Positions 11,281 to 23,388 of a DNA stretch of 64,000 nucleotides are shown here, in pieces (within the stretch, counting starts at the first letter, position 1; each line of letters opens with the position of its first letter). Location of the stretch: contig QPMI01000432.1 of the NCBI GenBank assembly GCA_004431415.1, forward strand, positions 394,134 to 458,133, given 5' to 3'. Under the pieces are notes generated by a model that saw only the letters and a program-made list of their open reading frames with translations, did not search any database and was not told the origin of the DNA. Both the position numbers and the translations under genes were made by a program. Source of the DNA: Cyanophora paradoxa CCMP329 (Eukaryota; Plantae; Glaucophyta).

Positions 11281-14200
11281 CTACGAGGAGACCTCGACGG
11301 GGGCCGGGGCCGGGCTCGGGGAGGTGGCCGGGGCGGCGGCGCGGCTCGCGCTGCTGGCGCGGCTGCTGCTCCCCGCGCCGCCGCCGGCGCCCGAGGCGGA
11401 GGCGGCGCTGGAGTCGGCGCGGGGTCCGGGGGCGGCCGAGCCGTCCTCGCCCAGCTCCGCCCGGAGCGCGGAGGCCCCCGCGTCGTTGCCGACGGCCTCG
11501 TAGGCCTCGAGGAGGGCGCGGAGGATGGGCTCGCCGCCGGGCCCGCCGCACTGGCGCGCCGCCTCGGCCGCCTCCTCGGCGTGCTTGATGAAGGCCGCCG
11601 AGTCGCCGGCCTCGAGGTGCGTCTCCGCGAGGGCGAGGAGGCAGCGGGCGACGGGGAGCGAGGCGGGGCCGCGCAGGGCGCGGAGCGCGGCCAGCTGCTG
11701 GCGGTAGGAGCGGAGGGCCTCCGCGTGGCGCCCGAGCTGGCGCTGGAGCTCGGCGACGGCGCCGAGGGACGAGGCCGTCTCCTCGTGCTGCTCGCCTAGG
11801 CTCCGCTGGCGGGCGCGCAGGGCCATGAGGTGCGTGGTGAGGGAGCGCGCCGGGTCGCCCCGCCCGCGGTGCAGCGCCGCGACGAGGAAGTTGGCCGAGG
11901 CGACGCGGGGGTGGTCCTTGGATAGCGCCCCCTTGCAGATGCGCTGCGCCCGCTTGGCGAGCTTCATCGCCCGGTCCAAGTCCTGCAGGTCGGCGGCCAC
12001 GACGCCGGCCATGTCGTGCAGGCACTGCGCGACCCGCAGGCTCTCCTTCCCGCAGGCCGCCTCCAGCACGTGCGCGCGCTCCTGGAGCGCGGAGAGGACG
12101 CCGGCCGTGTCGCCGCGGGCGTGGCACGCCCGCGCCAGCGCCGTGAGAAGGTCGCCGACGGCGAGGTGGCGGGCGCCGTGGGAGCGCTTGACGAGGGCGA
12201 GGGCCTTGTGAGCGGCCGCGAGGGCCGCCTCCGAGTCGCCCGCCGCGAGGTGCGCGGCGACCGTCTTCTCGTGGAGCCAGGGGCCCTCGGCGCCGCCCTC
12301 CTCGCCCAGGCCCAGCGCCTTCAGCCGCGCCGCGATCGCCGCGAGCGCCCCCGCCGCGTCGCCGCGCGCGAGGAGCAGCGAGACGGTCGCCTGCGCGGTG
12401 CGGGCGACCGTCGGGTGCCCGACGCCGAGGCGGCCGAGCTGCTCGGCGGCGGCGGCCTCGAGGACGGCGGACGCCTTGTCGAACTCGCCGCGCTCCGTGT
12501 GGGCGACGGCCTGCCAGTGGGCGACCTCGTCGGCCATGGAGGCGGCGGCGAGGCCGGCGCCCTCGGCCACGCCGGCCCGCAGCGCGTCCCGCGCCTTCTC
12601 CAGCACCGCCAGCGCCCGGTCGTGCTCCCGCTGGGCCACGTGACTACAGAATGAAGTCAGCTAAGAGGAAGGATAAGGTGGAAGAAGGAGCTAGGCACCA
12701 TGCGGCGGTGGTGGCCATCGTCTGCGCGACGTCGCTGTGGAGGCTCCCCAGGACCTTGCGCTTCAAGGTCACCGCCAGGAAGAGCAGCGAGAGGGCGCCC
12801 TTCTGCATCTGCCCGCCGGCCGCCGCCAGGAGCGCGCCGGCCTGGGCGAGGGCGTCACCGGCCTGCGCCGCCTCCACCTCGCCGGCGTGCACCGCGCCGC
12901 CCAGGGCCGCCTCGAGCAGCTCGGGCACGTCGCAGCCGTGCGCGGCGGCCGCCGAGAGGTACGCGACGGCCGCCCAGCGGTGCCGCGGGGCGTGCAGCGC
13001 CGACAGCGCCGCCGGCTCGGCCAGCAGCCGCACGACGCGCTCGTGCATGCCGGCCCTGTGCGCGTGGTAGGCGCCCTCGGTGGCGCGCCGCTCCGAGGGC
13101 GGCTGGGCGAGGAAGTGGGCGGCGAGCTCCTCGTGGGCCTTGCGGAGGCCGAGGGAGCCCTCCTCGAGGCCGCACTCGGCGCGGGCCGCCTCGGCGAGCT
13201 GCCGGTCGGCGAGGCAGAGGCAGCCGGCGCGCTGGGCGAGCGCCGGGCCCAGGGCGAGGCGCAGGGCGGCCCAGCGCGAGGGGGCGGCGGAGAGGGCGAG
13301 GAGGGCCTGCAGGTCGCCCTCCGTGAGGCCCTCCCGCGTGACGAGGAGGTACCCCAGCAGCCGCTGCACCACTGGGGGGGGGGTTAGGGATGGGGGGGCG
13401 GAGCGAGGGCGGGGTACGGACGCACGCGCTGGGGTGAACTCGGCGCGCCAGCGGGCGATGGCGAGGGCGTAGAGGCGCGGGGCGCCGCCCTTGAGGGCCT
13501 CGGCGCCCATCGACGCGCCGGCGTCGCGGGCCGGCGAGCGCATCGCCTCGGCGAGGAGGCGCGCGCAGAGCGGGGTCATCTCGGGGGCGGCTGCGACGGC
13601 GGCGTCGAGGGCCGCGCGGTCGGCGCGGGCGGCGAGGGGCCCCATGTGGGCGAGGGCGACGCGGGCCGTCTCGGCCGGCTCGAGGGGCGCGATCTCGAGG
13701 CGGCGCCAGCCGAGCTCGCCGGCGCGCTCGACGAGGGCCGCCGAGGCGGGGCCCGCGCTGGACGAGGCGGTGAAGACGACGCGGACGTTGCGGGGGGCCT
13801 TGGGCGGCATCCAGGAGAGCCCGCCGGCGACGCCCGTGCCGTCCTGCACCTCGTCCAGGCCATCGATGGCGAGGATGAGGCGCGGGGCGCCGGCCGCCGC
13901 GAGGAGCGCCGCGGCGCGCTGGAGGAACCCGGCGAAGCCGACCACGACGTCTTCGTCCGAGGGGACGGGCTCGGGCTCGGCGGGGAGCGACGGGGAGCCG
14001 ACGGCCGCGGCGATCTCGGCGGCGGCGCGGCGGAGGATGGCGGAGAGCGAGGCGTCCTCGGAGCCGCCGCCCCCGGCGTAGTGGACGTGGAGGACCTCGC
14101 CCGCGGCGCCCGGCGACTGCCGCCGCCGCGCCGCCCACGCCGCCAGCAGCGCTGCCGCACCGAACCGCGTAAGCCAAGCCGAGGATTCGAATTCAAATTT

Positions 14201-15909
14201 GAATTCAAACTCGAACCGCTCTTGCCGGAGCCGGGCTCGCCGGTGACGAGGAGCGGGGTGGAGCTCTTGGAGTCGGCGTAGGCGTCGAGGGAGCGGAGGA
14301 CGGCGTCGCCGCCCACGAGGATCTTCCGCCGCGCCTTCGCGAAGGCCTCGTGGCGCAGCCGCTCGACCTCGAGCCAGGTGCGGGGCGCCGCCGCGGGGGG
14401 GTAGTCGCGCTCCAGAGCCGCCTCGAGGTCTCGGAGGACGGCCCCGCCGAGCTCGCCGATGCTCCCGAACTCGCGGCAGGCGGCCCCGGACTCGCCCACC
14501 TCCCGCTTCAGCGCCGCCAGCTGCCGCGCCGCGCTCGCACCCTGCAGCCCCGAGGCCGCCGGCGGCGTCGCCCCGCGCCCGCCGCCGCCGCCGCCCGAGC
14601 GCCGCAAGTAAAAGAACGAGCGCTTGAGGCCCGGGCGCGCCTGCGCCGCCCGCCGCCTTAGAAAAGGAAGCGAAAGGAGCGCAAAGGAGCGCTCGCCTTG
14701 GGCATGAGGGCGGCGAAGCGGGCCTCGATGTCCGTCACTGCGCGGTCCGCGAACTTGGCGATGGCGGGGAAGCGAGCCGCCGCCTCCTCGCGGGACGCGG
14801 CCCCGAAGACCTCCGCCTCCTCCGTCTCGACCGCCGCCGCCGCCGCCTCCATCGCCACCGCCGCCGCGCCCGAGCCGCGGAGCGGCGGGAGCGCCACGCG
14901 CGCGTTGCCGCCGAGGCCACCGCCCGACGACGTGCGGCGCAGCGGCGCGGAGGACGCGGAGGAGGAGGAAGGGCCGGCGGAGGGCGCATCGGGCCCGTCG
15001 GGCCCCTCCTCCTCGTCGTCGGGGCGCGGGAGCGAGCCGTCGCCGAGGAGGCAGACGAAGTACTGCGCGCGCTCGACCTCGGAGAGCGCCGCCTCCAGCA
15101 GCGCCCCGCTCTCCAGCTCCTGCTCGCTCACGCCCAGGCGCAGGTCGCACGGCCTGCTCGCGAGGGGCGCGCCGGCCCGTCAGCCGCAGAGGCGGGCGTG
15201 GGAAGGAAGAGGAGAGGGAGCGCACGCGAAGTAGAGGCCGCGGGCGGCGGCGAGGCGCTGGAGCTTCGGGTAGAGGAAGCGGCGCAGCTCCACGCGCTCC
15301 CGCTGGAACTCGGCGTGGCTGCTCGAGAAGTAGACCCGCAGCGTGCGGTCCAGCGGGAACGCCGCCCGCGGCTCCTTCGCCTCCGCCCCTGGCACCGGGC
15401 TGCTCCGCGCGGGGCTCGTGTGCGGCGAAGAGTTCGCGGAGCCGGCGCGTGACGACGGCCGCGATCCGCTCTTGGCCGGCGCGCTCCCGTCCAGGCCCGT
15501 CGCGGGGGCCGTCGGCGGAGTCTGCGCACCGTCAGGAAAGCGCTTCCTTGCTCGCCAAAAGCAAGCCAACGGACCTGGCCGCGGTCCCGGATGGCCAGGT
15601 TGCTCGCGTCGCCAGGGCCCTCGAGGACGATCAGCCTCCCTTCGGCGGGCTTGGAGCGCGACGTGACAACGGCGCTGGGCGGCCGCGGCGGCCGCTGAGA
15701 TGACGAGGCCGACGGTGCCTCCTCAAGCTTCTTTTCCTTGAAGCCCGAGACCGCCGCCTTGCCGCCTGTCCGCCCAAATTAGCTTCGGCCGCTTGGTGCG
15801 GGCCGCGCAGCTCGGCGGCGCGCGCCGCCTGGGCTCTTAAAGCGGCAGGGATAGCACCATTAGGATCTTCCACGTGCACACGCGCGCCCACAGCGCAAGC
15901 CGCGCCCAT
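11281..15909 (-). CDS. Nephrocystin-3/TEP1-like STAND protein: DUF4062-like domain - NACHT-type NTPase - TPR array
   Basis: LRVYFSSSHAEFQRERVEL...DLRLGV...LSEVERAQYFVCLLG; Walker A LLVTGEPGSGKS; Walker B LILAIDGLDEV; kinesin-light-chain-type TPRs (LGSLHSDVAQT, LGVGHPTVART, DHPRVAS). Predicted start MGAAC. Confidence 0.8.
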
Positions 15910-16171
15910 CTTGCGAGATGCGCCAGAAAGGGTGCGGTTGCAAGGACTAGTTGAGAGGGTCGGAGACTCGCAGCAACCGGCTGGAGTTGTCAGTCGATGC
16001 TAGCGCTCCCTACCGAGCACACTCGCGGCTGTCGGCCGTGAACCCAACCGACGCACACAACGTTAATTTAGATGCGGCAAGTCTTCTTCTCGTACCCCGG
16101 CCGAGCGAGTCCCCCCAAAACTTGCTCGAGCTCGTGCTAGGAACGTGCCTCCGCTACGCAAGCGCAGCGCG

Positions 16172-18028
16172 ATGCTCTCGGTGTCGATGCGCCCCGCCGA
16201 TGTGGCGTGGTCCTTGCTCAACGTCGCGGCCAGCTTCGTGTTTTTCCTTCCCGGCCTTCTGATCGACGTCCTCCTCGATCTGCTCTACAGGCGGCGCATC
16301 GATCCCACGGGGAAGGCGGTGCTCATTACCGGCGCCTCGCGAGGTGCCAGAGCCGCGCCAGGTCGGCGCGTACGCAGGTCCCGACCTTCAGCGCGCGCAG
16401 GAATCGGGGAACGAATGGCGCTCGATCTGGCTCAGCTCGGATTTCACGGCGTGCCTGCGCGGGCCCGCTGCTGCGCCTGCGCATGCCTGCGTTGACGAGT
16501 CAAATTGCGCTCACCTCCGGATCTATGAGCCATAACTTGCTACAGCATTCCAACCAGCAAATGCATCTGGATAATCTGGAATTCTACGCAGTGATCGGCA
16601 CGGCGGAGAGCTTGGAGGACGGCGATGAGATACGGCGGCTCTCTGAGCGCCTCCAATCATCCATGTCCGGCCAAGTGGGTGAGCCTGCCTCCTTTCTCCG
16701 GCTCACGCTCCTAATCGGCGTCGCTCGCAGACGTCATAGTGATGGACACGCGGTCGGACCAGAGCGTGCAGGACGCGAAGAGAATCGTGGAGGACATCGT
16801 GGGCGACAACGGGCTGTACGCCGTGTGCGCCGCCGCCCCGCCCGCTCCGACGCCCGTCGCCCTCAGCCTGCTGACGCGTGCGACGTGCGCGCAGGGTCAA
16901 CAACGCAGCTGTGCAGGTCCGCGGCCCTCGGAGCGTATCCGCGTGCGCGTTACGCCTCGCGCCTGCAACGTCGGCTCCGCAGCGCTGGGGCGCCGCCGAA
17001 GGGGACGACATCGCCGCCTGCCGGGACCTCTTCGAGGTGCACCGCGAGCCGCGGGCCTCGGAGCCGCGCGCGCGACCGGCAACATCGCCGCCGCGCGCGC
17101 AGACGAACTTTTGGGGATACGTGCGCGTGACGCGGGCGTTCCTGCCGCTGCTGCGGAAGAACCGGGCGGCGGCGCGGCACGTCGTCTTCATGAGCTCCGT
17201 CGAGGCGTTCCTCCACCAGCCGGGGTGACCGCGCGCGCGCTCCGCAGACGAAGAAGAACGTTCCCCGGCGCTCGCCCTCTCGTTTCCCCGACTCCGCTCT
17301 CTCGCGCGCGCGGGCGCGCAGCTGGGGCTTCTACTCGGCGAGCAAGGCGGCGGTGGAGGCGTGGGCGGACGCCCTCCGCCGCGAGGTCTCCCGCCTCGGC
17401 ATCCGCGTCCGCCCTCCTCGCCTCGGCCCGCCCCGCATTCCCGGCCCGAGGCCCGCCCCCGCGCAGGTCAGCCTCGTCAGGCCCGGCTTCACCGCCACCC
17501 GCATGGCCCGCCTGCCCGCCCGCCTGCCGCCCCGCGCGGATCAAATTAAATTCGATCCCGCAATTAGATCTGGGGCCAGCTGGCTGCGCTGGACACGGTG
17601 CAGAAGGAGGTCGCCTCGGGCAAGCCGACCGCCCCCGTCGCCGGTGACACCGCCAAGTACAAGGGTCCGCCCCGATTCGATCCGCTCCGATCCAATCCGA
17701 TTCGATTTGATCGGGTTGAAGGGCTGGAGCCCTCGGTGGTGATGGCCTACTCCGACCTGGAACGTGACCTCATCCGCAACTTCCAGGGGCCCGGTGCGCG
17801 TACCCCCCGCCGCGCCCCCGTCCCGAACCCCTCCTGAAGGCTGGCTTACTCGCAGGGGCGCGCTTCCTGCGGGCGGACCCGCGGGTTCCCGTGGCGGCGG
17901 TTGTGGACGCGCTGCTCCACACGCGGCCGCGCCCGCGCTACGAGACGGGCCTCGACGCCCGCATCATGGCCGCCGCCTCCCGCGCCCCGGACGCCCTCCA
18001 GGACACTTACTTCCGCGCCCTCATCTGA
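16172..18028 (+). CDS. Short-chain dehydrogenase/reductase (RDH/BDH1-like, N-terminal membrane anchor)
   Basis: AVLITGASR|[34 protein letters not shown] catalytic motif, [21 protein letters not shown]. Confidence 0.9.
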
Positions 18029-18180
18029 GCCGCCGGCGCCCCAGCCCGCTCACCTGAGCACGCCCCGCCTCCTTCCCGGGCCCCGGCCCGGCGGGCCCCG
18101 CGTCACACTTCACTCAGGCTTGGTAAATGTGCTGTACAGAGAAAGGACAAAGAGAGGGCCGCTGCGGCCTGGCTTCGGCG

Positions 18181-19003
18181 CTACCAGTCGCCGGTGATCT
18201 TCGTGTCGACATTCGCGTAGTTTGGGTTCAGCGACTGCTCCTGCGGCGGAAAAGTCAGCTCAAACGGGCAGCTCCGGGGTTGGGGCGGGGGTCGGGGCCG
18301 GGGCGTGGGAGTGGGCGAGCCTGGTAGTACTCGGAGGTGGTTTCGGTGTGGACGACGTTGCCCAGCTTCTCCTCGATCTCCCTCGTGACCTCCGCGCACG
18401 AGCGGCCCACGATCCCCGTCACCTGCGAATGGGACTCGCCGAGTCGGCCGCGGAAGTCGATAGGGGCGCGCCGGCCGCGCCGCGCCGGCGGCGCGGCGAC
18501 GTCCCCGTCGCACCTTCTCCTCGACGCGGCCATCCGGGTGGATGATGAACCTGCGCCCGCTTCAGACCGGGCCGCGCGGCGACGCCCGCCGCGACGCCGG
18601 CGCACTCGAGGGTCTCGATCTTGTTCACGCTGCCGTTGTCGCCGCTGCTGGAGCTGCTCCAGCTGCTCTCGCTCGACGAAGAGCTACTGGAGTTGCTCCA
18701 TTCGCTGCGCCCGGTGCCCTGCAGCTAAGCCGCTGCGGCCACGTGCAACATGCATTGCTGGCGGCGGCGCCAACGGGCGCACCTGCTGCCGAAGACGGTG
18801 AAAGGCACACCTGCCTCAAAGCGGACGCAAGGGCCTGCCGCGGCGCCGTCAACGCGGACCGGGGGATGGCCAATCATGTACGCACGGGTCTGGCGCGTTG
18901 ACCGGTTGAGATTGCCGCCGACGTTCACTCGACGCGCAACGATGAGCGGCGACGCCTGGGTGCGCCCAGGGAGGCTGCAGGGGGCGAGGAACGCGGCCGA
19001 CAT
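18181..19003 (-). CDS. Plastid-targeted DUF2997 protein of cyanobacterial type
   Basis: IETLE|FIIHPDGRVEEK|VTGIVGRSCAEVTREIEEKLGNVVHTETTSEYYQ; N-terminus MSAAFLAP is transit-peptide-like. Confidence 0.85.
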
Positions 19004-19150
19004 CGTTGCGGCTGTACCCGTCCCGTCCTGCAAAATAGCTTCCGTAGTTCCCGAAACCCACCCTAGCACGCAGCCTGCTACTCTTTTAGCACTCGCCCCG
19101 ACCCAGCCAGCGCGCACCGCCGATCCGCCAGCGCTCCAGGGATCGGCCCA

Positions 19151-20289
19151 ATGGAAAGCCCGGAGCCGGCGCCGGGGGATCTAAGGAGAGCCAAGAGCGT
19201 GCAGGAGCTAGCACAAGACTTCTTGAACGAGCAGAAGAGACGCACCCGAAAGCACCGACACAAGCACCACAAGAGCAGGGGCCCCGGGCTCAAGGGCCTG
19301 GTCTCGCCCACGCCGGACTACAAGCGTGACGTGCGCGAGCGCGGCGCTCTGCTTGTGTGCGGGGCGGCCTCAGCTGACGTCCCGGCGCAGGTCGCGTACC
19401 AGGTTCGCGGATGCGCTGGCACGGGGCACTTAGCTGGGCGCCCGCGGGGCCCCGGCCCGCCCCCGCGCGGCTCTTTCTCGTCCCGTCATCATCGATATCG
19501 CGCAAGACAGCGCCTTTGACGCTCGGGGCGGCGGCAGATCTCGAGGTACAGGAGTGACGGGGGCGTGCCCTACCAATCGGCGGCGGCGCGCGGGTTCGGG
19601 GAGCTCGAGCGCTCCCTCAGCAGGACGCTGCCCGAGGTCGAGGTTCGGTACCGGCGCGAGGAGATGCAGAGTGCGGCTACGCCCCCCCGCCTCCCCCGCC
19701 TGGCCCTGCGATGCGATCCGCTAAGCGGCGGCCGGCCGGGGCAGACGTCATCATGTCGAAGGTGGGGAGCGGCCACTGGAACAAGGACGCCGACGTGGTC
19801 GCTGCGATTCAAGGGAAGTCGCCGACCCGCGAGGACATCCTCGCCAGCGTCGCCACCATGCGGCGCGCCGGCGCCGGCCCTCCCGCCTTGCATTGCAATT
19901 GCAAGCCCGCCTTACACCTCGTCCTCCAGGGCCGAGCGGCTGTCGAGGGCAACCAAATCGCTACCGAAGCTCCCCTACGTCCACATCGGCGACGGCGGGG
20001 GGATGACCATGGACTCGTGCGCCCCCGCCCGCGGCCCGCCCGCCCCGCCCCCGCCCACCTGAGCTGCCCCCGGCCCCGCAGGTTCCGGGGGTACATGCCG
20101 AAGGTGCCGAAGGTGTACAAGGACACGATCCGGGAGCTCTCGAAGGAGGTCGAGATCCCCCACGCGAACCAGTCACTCGTCGGGGAGGGCTTCGCCCGCA
20201 CAGCGTACGGTACGTCCCGCCCCATCAGGGGCCAGGGCGCAGCCCGTCCCGCAGCTGAAGCCCGCCCAGGTGGTGTGTACGTGCGCTGA
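19151..20289 (+). CDS. Hypothetical protein
   Basis: Consistent exon chain with coding-like composition (MESPEPAPGDLRRAKSVQEL..., DVIMSKVGSGHWNKDADVV..., FRGYMPKVPKVYKDTIRELSKEVEIPH). No family recognised. Confidence 0.6.
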
Positions 20290-21418
20290 ACCGGCTCCCC
20301 AGCCCACTGCACCCACCCATGCCCTGGACCTAATTAGACCTTGGAGCTGGCCCCTTGTCCAGCTTGGCCAGCACGTCGAATCCCACACTCGCATGTACAT
20401 AATCGTACATGAGACGCTCTTCTGATACAGCCTACGTTTTGCAGTCGACTGCACATCACTACGAGCCTAAGTGCACTTAGGAACTCTAAGCGCGCGGCTG
20501 CCATGCCCTGGGGACCCGCCATGCAAGTGGCGCCCCGCCTGTTGCCCGGCCCTGTGTCAGTAAGAGCTCGCCGCAAGCGTTAGCAGCGCGTAAGCGTTCG
20601 TCGCCGCCGCCGCCGACGCCGGTTGCAATTGAGTGCGCGCCACCGCCGTCGCCGCGCCGTCGGGCCCGGGGGATGGCATGCTGTTCAGGCCCAACTTCTG
20701 GGTCCTTCGCTCACGCTGCTCACCGCAGACTTGGGACCGACTCAGCGCGTTGTGCGCCGCCGCCGCCGCGCCGCCGGGGATGTTCTGGGTCCTTCGCTCG
20801 CGCTGCTTCTGCATCGTCTGCGTCGGCATAGCTAAGTCTTCTCCTGCGATACATGGCTGCAGGCAGGCTGCAGGCTGGAAGCTTCTGGGCGGGCTGGCCG
20901 CCCTGGCCTCAGATCCCGGCGGCCAGTCCTTCGCTCGCGCTGCTTCGGATCGGAACGGCTCGAGGGACTAGAGACTTCCCGAATTCGAGCCGCCGCCGGT
21001 TGTGCGCCGCCGCCACCGCGCCGACGAGCTTCTAGCAGCTGCTCCGGCCGCGCATACGCTCCTTCGTCCGTCGCTCGCGCTGCTCGCCGCAGATAGTTCG
21101 GCCGTGCTTTTGGCCATGCTCTGGCAGCTCTGCTGATTTTGCTTTTCTCGGCTTGGCTCGCGAGACTTCGATTCTAGACGACTCAGACGACTCTGAGACG
21201 AGCTCCGTGGGGGTAGGGCTCCCTTCGTTCGCGATGGGCAATTTGACGCACTGAAATCCGGGGTACGGCCACGATTGCGTTTGAGGCCTGCGGGGTTAAC
21301 GTCACGGTTCCTCTTACCTCCCCCGCGCGCGCCCAGCACGCGCATTCTTGCAGTTGTCTTCTGCCTCCTGCCTTCTGCAGTTCTGCTCGCCTCGCCTCCC
21401 GCCGACCCAAAGACAACA

Positions 21419-22304
21419 ATGGCCGCCCTCTTCAAGGCTTTCGTCAAGGGTGCGCCGCGCCTCCGTCGCCGAATCCGCCCGCCTCCGCCGTCTCTTTCCG
21501 ATAAGATCAGCCCTATCCGCGCGGCCCGCGCGCAACTCCCGCCGGCCGTCAGCCGCGCCATCGCCGCCGCAGCGGCCGCCGGCGGCGTCGGCATCTAGAT
21601 CGCGCAAGCGCGGGCCGCCGGCCGTGCAAGTGGACTTTTCCGCGCGCACCTCGCAACCAAGCGCCGACCTCACTAGGCCTTACAGCTGCCGCCACTCCCG
21701 AACTGGCACACCACCTAGCGCACGCGCGCGAGCGACCGCCGATGGCGGACGCTGATCGCGAGTTTCTTGCGATGCGCAGACGTCGCTCACGCGCCGGAGC
21801 TCGTCCCCCTCATCATCCCCGTTGCCCTCGCCTCGGGCATCGGCACCTACGTCGCCCTCCGCAAGGTCACCGGCTCCGAGGCGAACGACATCTCGGTCCG
21901 CCCGCCCGCCCGCCGCTCTTTGCTTCACGAATCGCAACCGTCTAACGCGCGTGCGCCCGCAGTTCACCAAGGACATGCAGTTCGCCAACAACCAGTACGC
22001 CCACATCGCCCCCAGTGCGTCCTTCCCTCCCGCCCCTCGCGCGATCCCGACCTTGGTCGATTCGGCGGCGCTGACGGTCTTCTCCCCTTGCAGTGAAGGA
22101 GCTGCGCGGCTACTCGGGCCGCTGGTTCGGCATCATGTCCTCCATCCCCGAGGTGCGAACGAAGCGCGGCGGCCCGCGCCTTCGATTCGATCTGAGCTGA
22201 TCTGAGCTCACTCGCCCCGCGCCCCGCAGGAGTTCCAGGAGGAGAACATGGCCAAGCTCCGTGCCGAGGCCGCGGCCAAGCGCGCCGCCAAGGCGAACCT
22301 GTAA
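21419..22304 (+). CDS. B12D/NDUFA4 (MLRQ)-family small mitochondrial membrane protein
   Basis: MAALFKAFVK|DVAHAPELVPLIIPVALASGIGTYVALRKV: P-E-L-x-P-L followed by a single TM helix and R-K; ends KRAAKANL*. Confidence 0.7.
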
Positions 22305-23388
22305 GCTCTGGCAGGCCTGGCCTTTCCAAACCCCTTTCGTATTTCAGCTGCAGCAGTGCCCAGCACCAGCGCCACGTGCGCTCGGCTTCTTTCCTAGGCC
22401 TTTCCTCAGCCAGCGTCGACGTCCGGCCTGGCAGCAGTCCAGTTCAGCATCAGTTGCGATGCCGCCGTGATTCATGATCGTCAGTGCAGTAGGGTTGAGT
22501 TTGGAGTCAACCGTTCCTTGAAATCTAGATGTTCGCAGGCCTAGACTCATCAGATTTTGAGACTCGAGAGAGTAGAGTAGAGTAGTTTCCAGAATTTCTA
22601 GGCTGGTTTCATTCAATGGTTAGGAAAGACCATCGGAAGCTTAGAAGCTAGCATCGAAGCAGAGGAGGTCAATGTCAACGAGTCGCAGTCTTTAATTATA
22701 ATGTAATTCAAAAAAGATTCGTAACCTCGCATGGCCCAGTGGCGGTCTAGACTCGGAGATCTGGGGCCCGGGGTCGCCGAGTCGCGACCGAGTCTGACGC
22801 CGGCGCCGTGTGACGGCTGCATAGCGGTGCGGAGCGAGTACGTATACACGAGTACTGCAGCCGTCAGACCGACGGACTCCGGGATGCACGGTCGCGACCG
22901 AGCTCGAGTCATGCATGATCATGATCGGGATGATCAGCTGCAGTGGCGCCGCCTCGCCGAGTCGATCGAGCTCGTCCCCCGCCGCTTTCTGTATCATGAT
23001 ATCTAGATCTAGAGCCCGATCGCGATCGCGATTCCGAGTCTCGAGCTCGGAGTTCTCCGCGGGGTCGAGGGGCCGGGCGCCGGGGCCGGCTCCTGCGTGT
23101 CCGCGCCTCAGAACAGCGAATTCGAATTCAATGATTGCCAGTCATCATCGAGTCATCAGGCTGGAACTTCAAGGCTTGAATTCGAATGCGAAGCCCTGGC
23201 CCGGCGGCGCCGGGGTTTTGCGAGCCTCGGAGCTCGAGCCAGCCTACTATGCTAGCCAGACTTTGAGATGTATACGTTCAGCCTAAGGGCCTCAGGGCCT
23301 CAGGGCCTCATGATCATGATCCGATGATCAGGCCGCCGGGCCCTGATTATGAGGCCTAGGGCCCCGCCTATAGCTACCAGGGGTCTTC

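Noticed and set aside
21450-21779. snoRNA in the unusually long first intron of the B12D-like gene
   Set aside because: No convincing C/D or H/ACA box arrangement seen.
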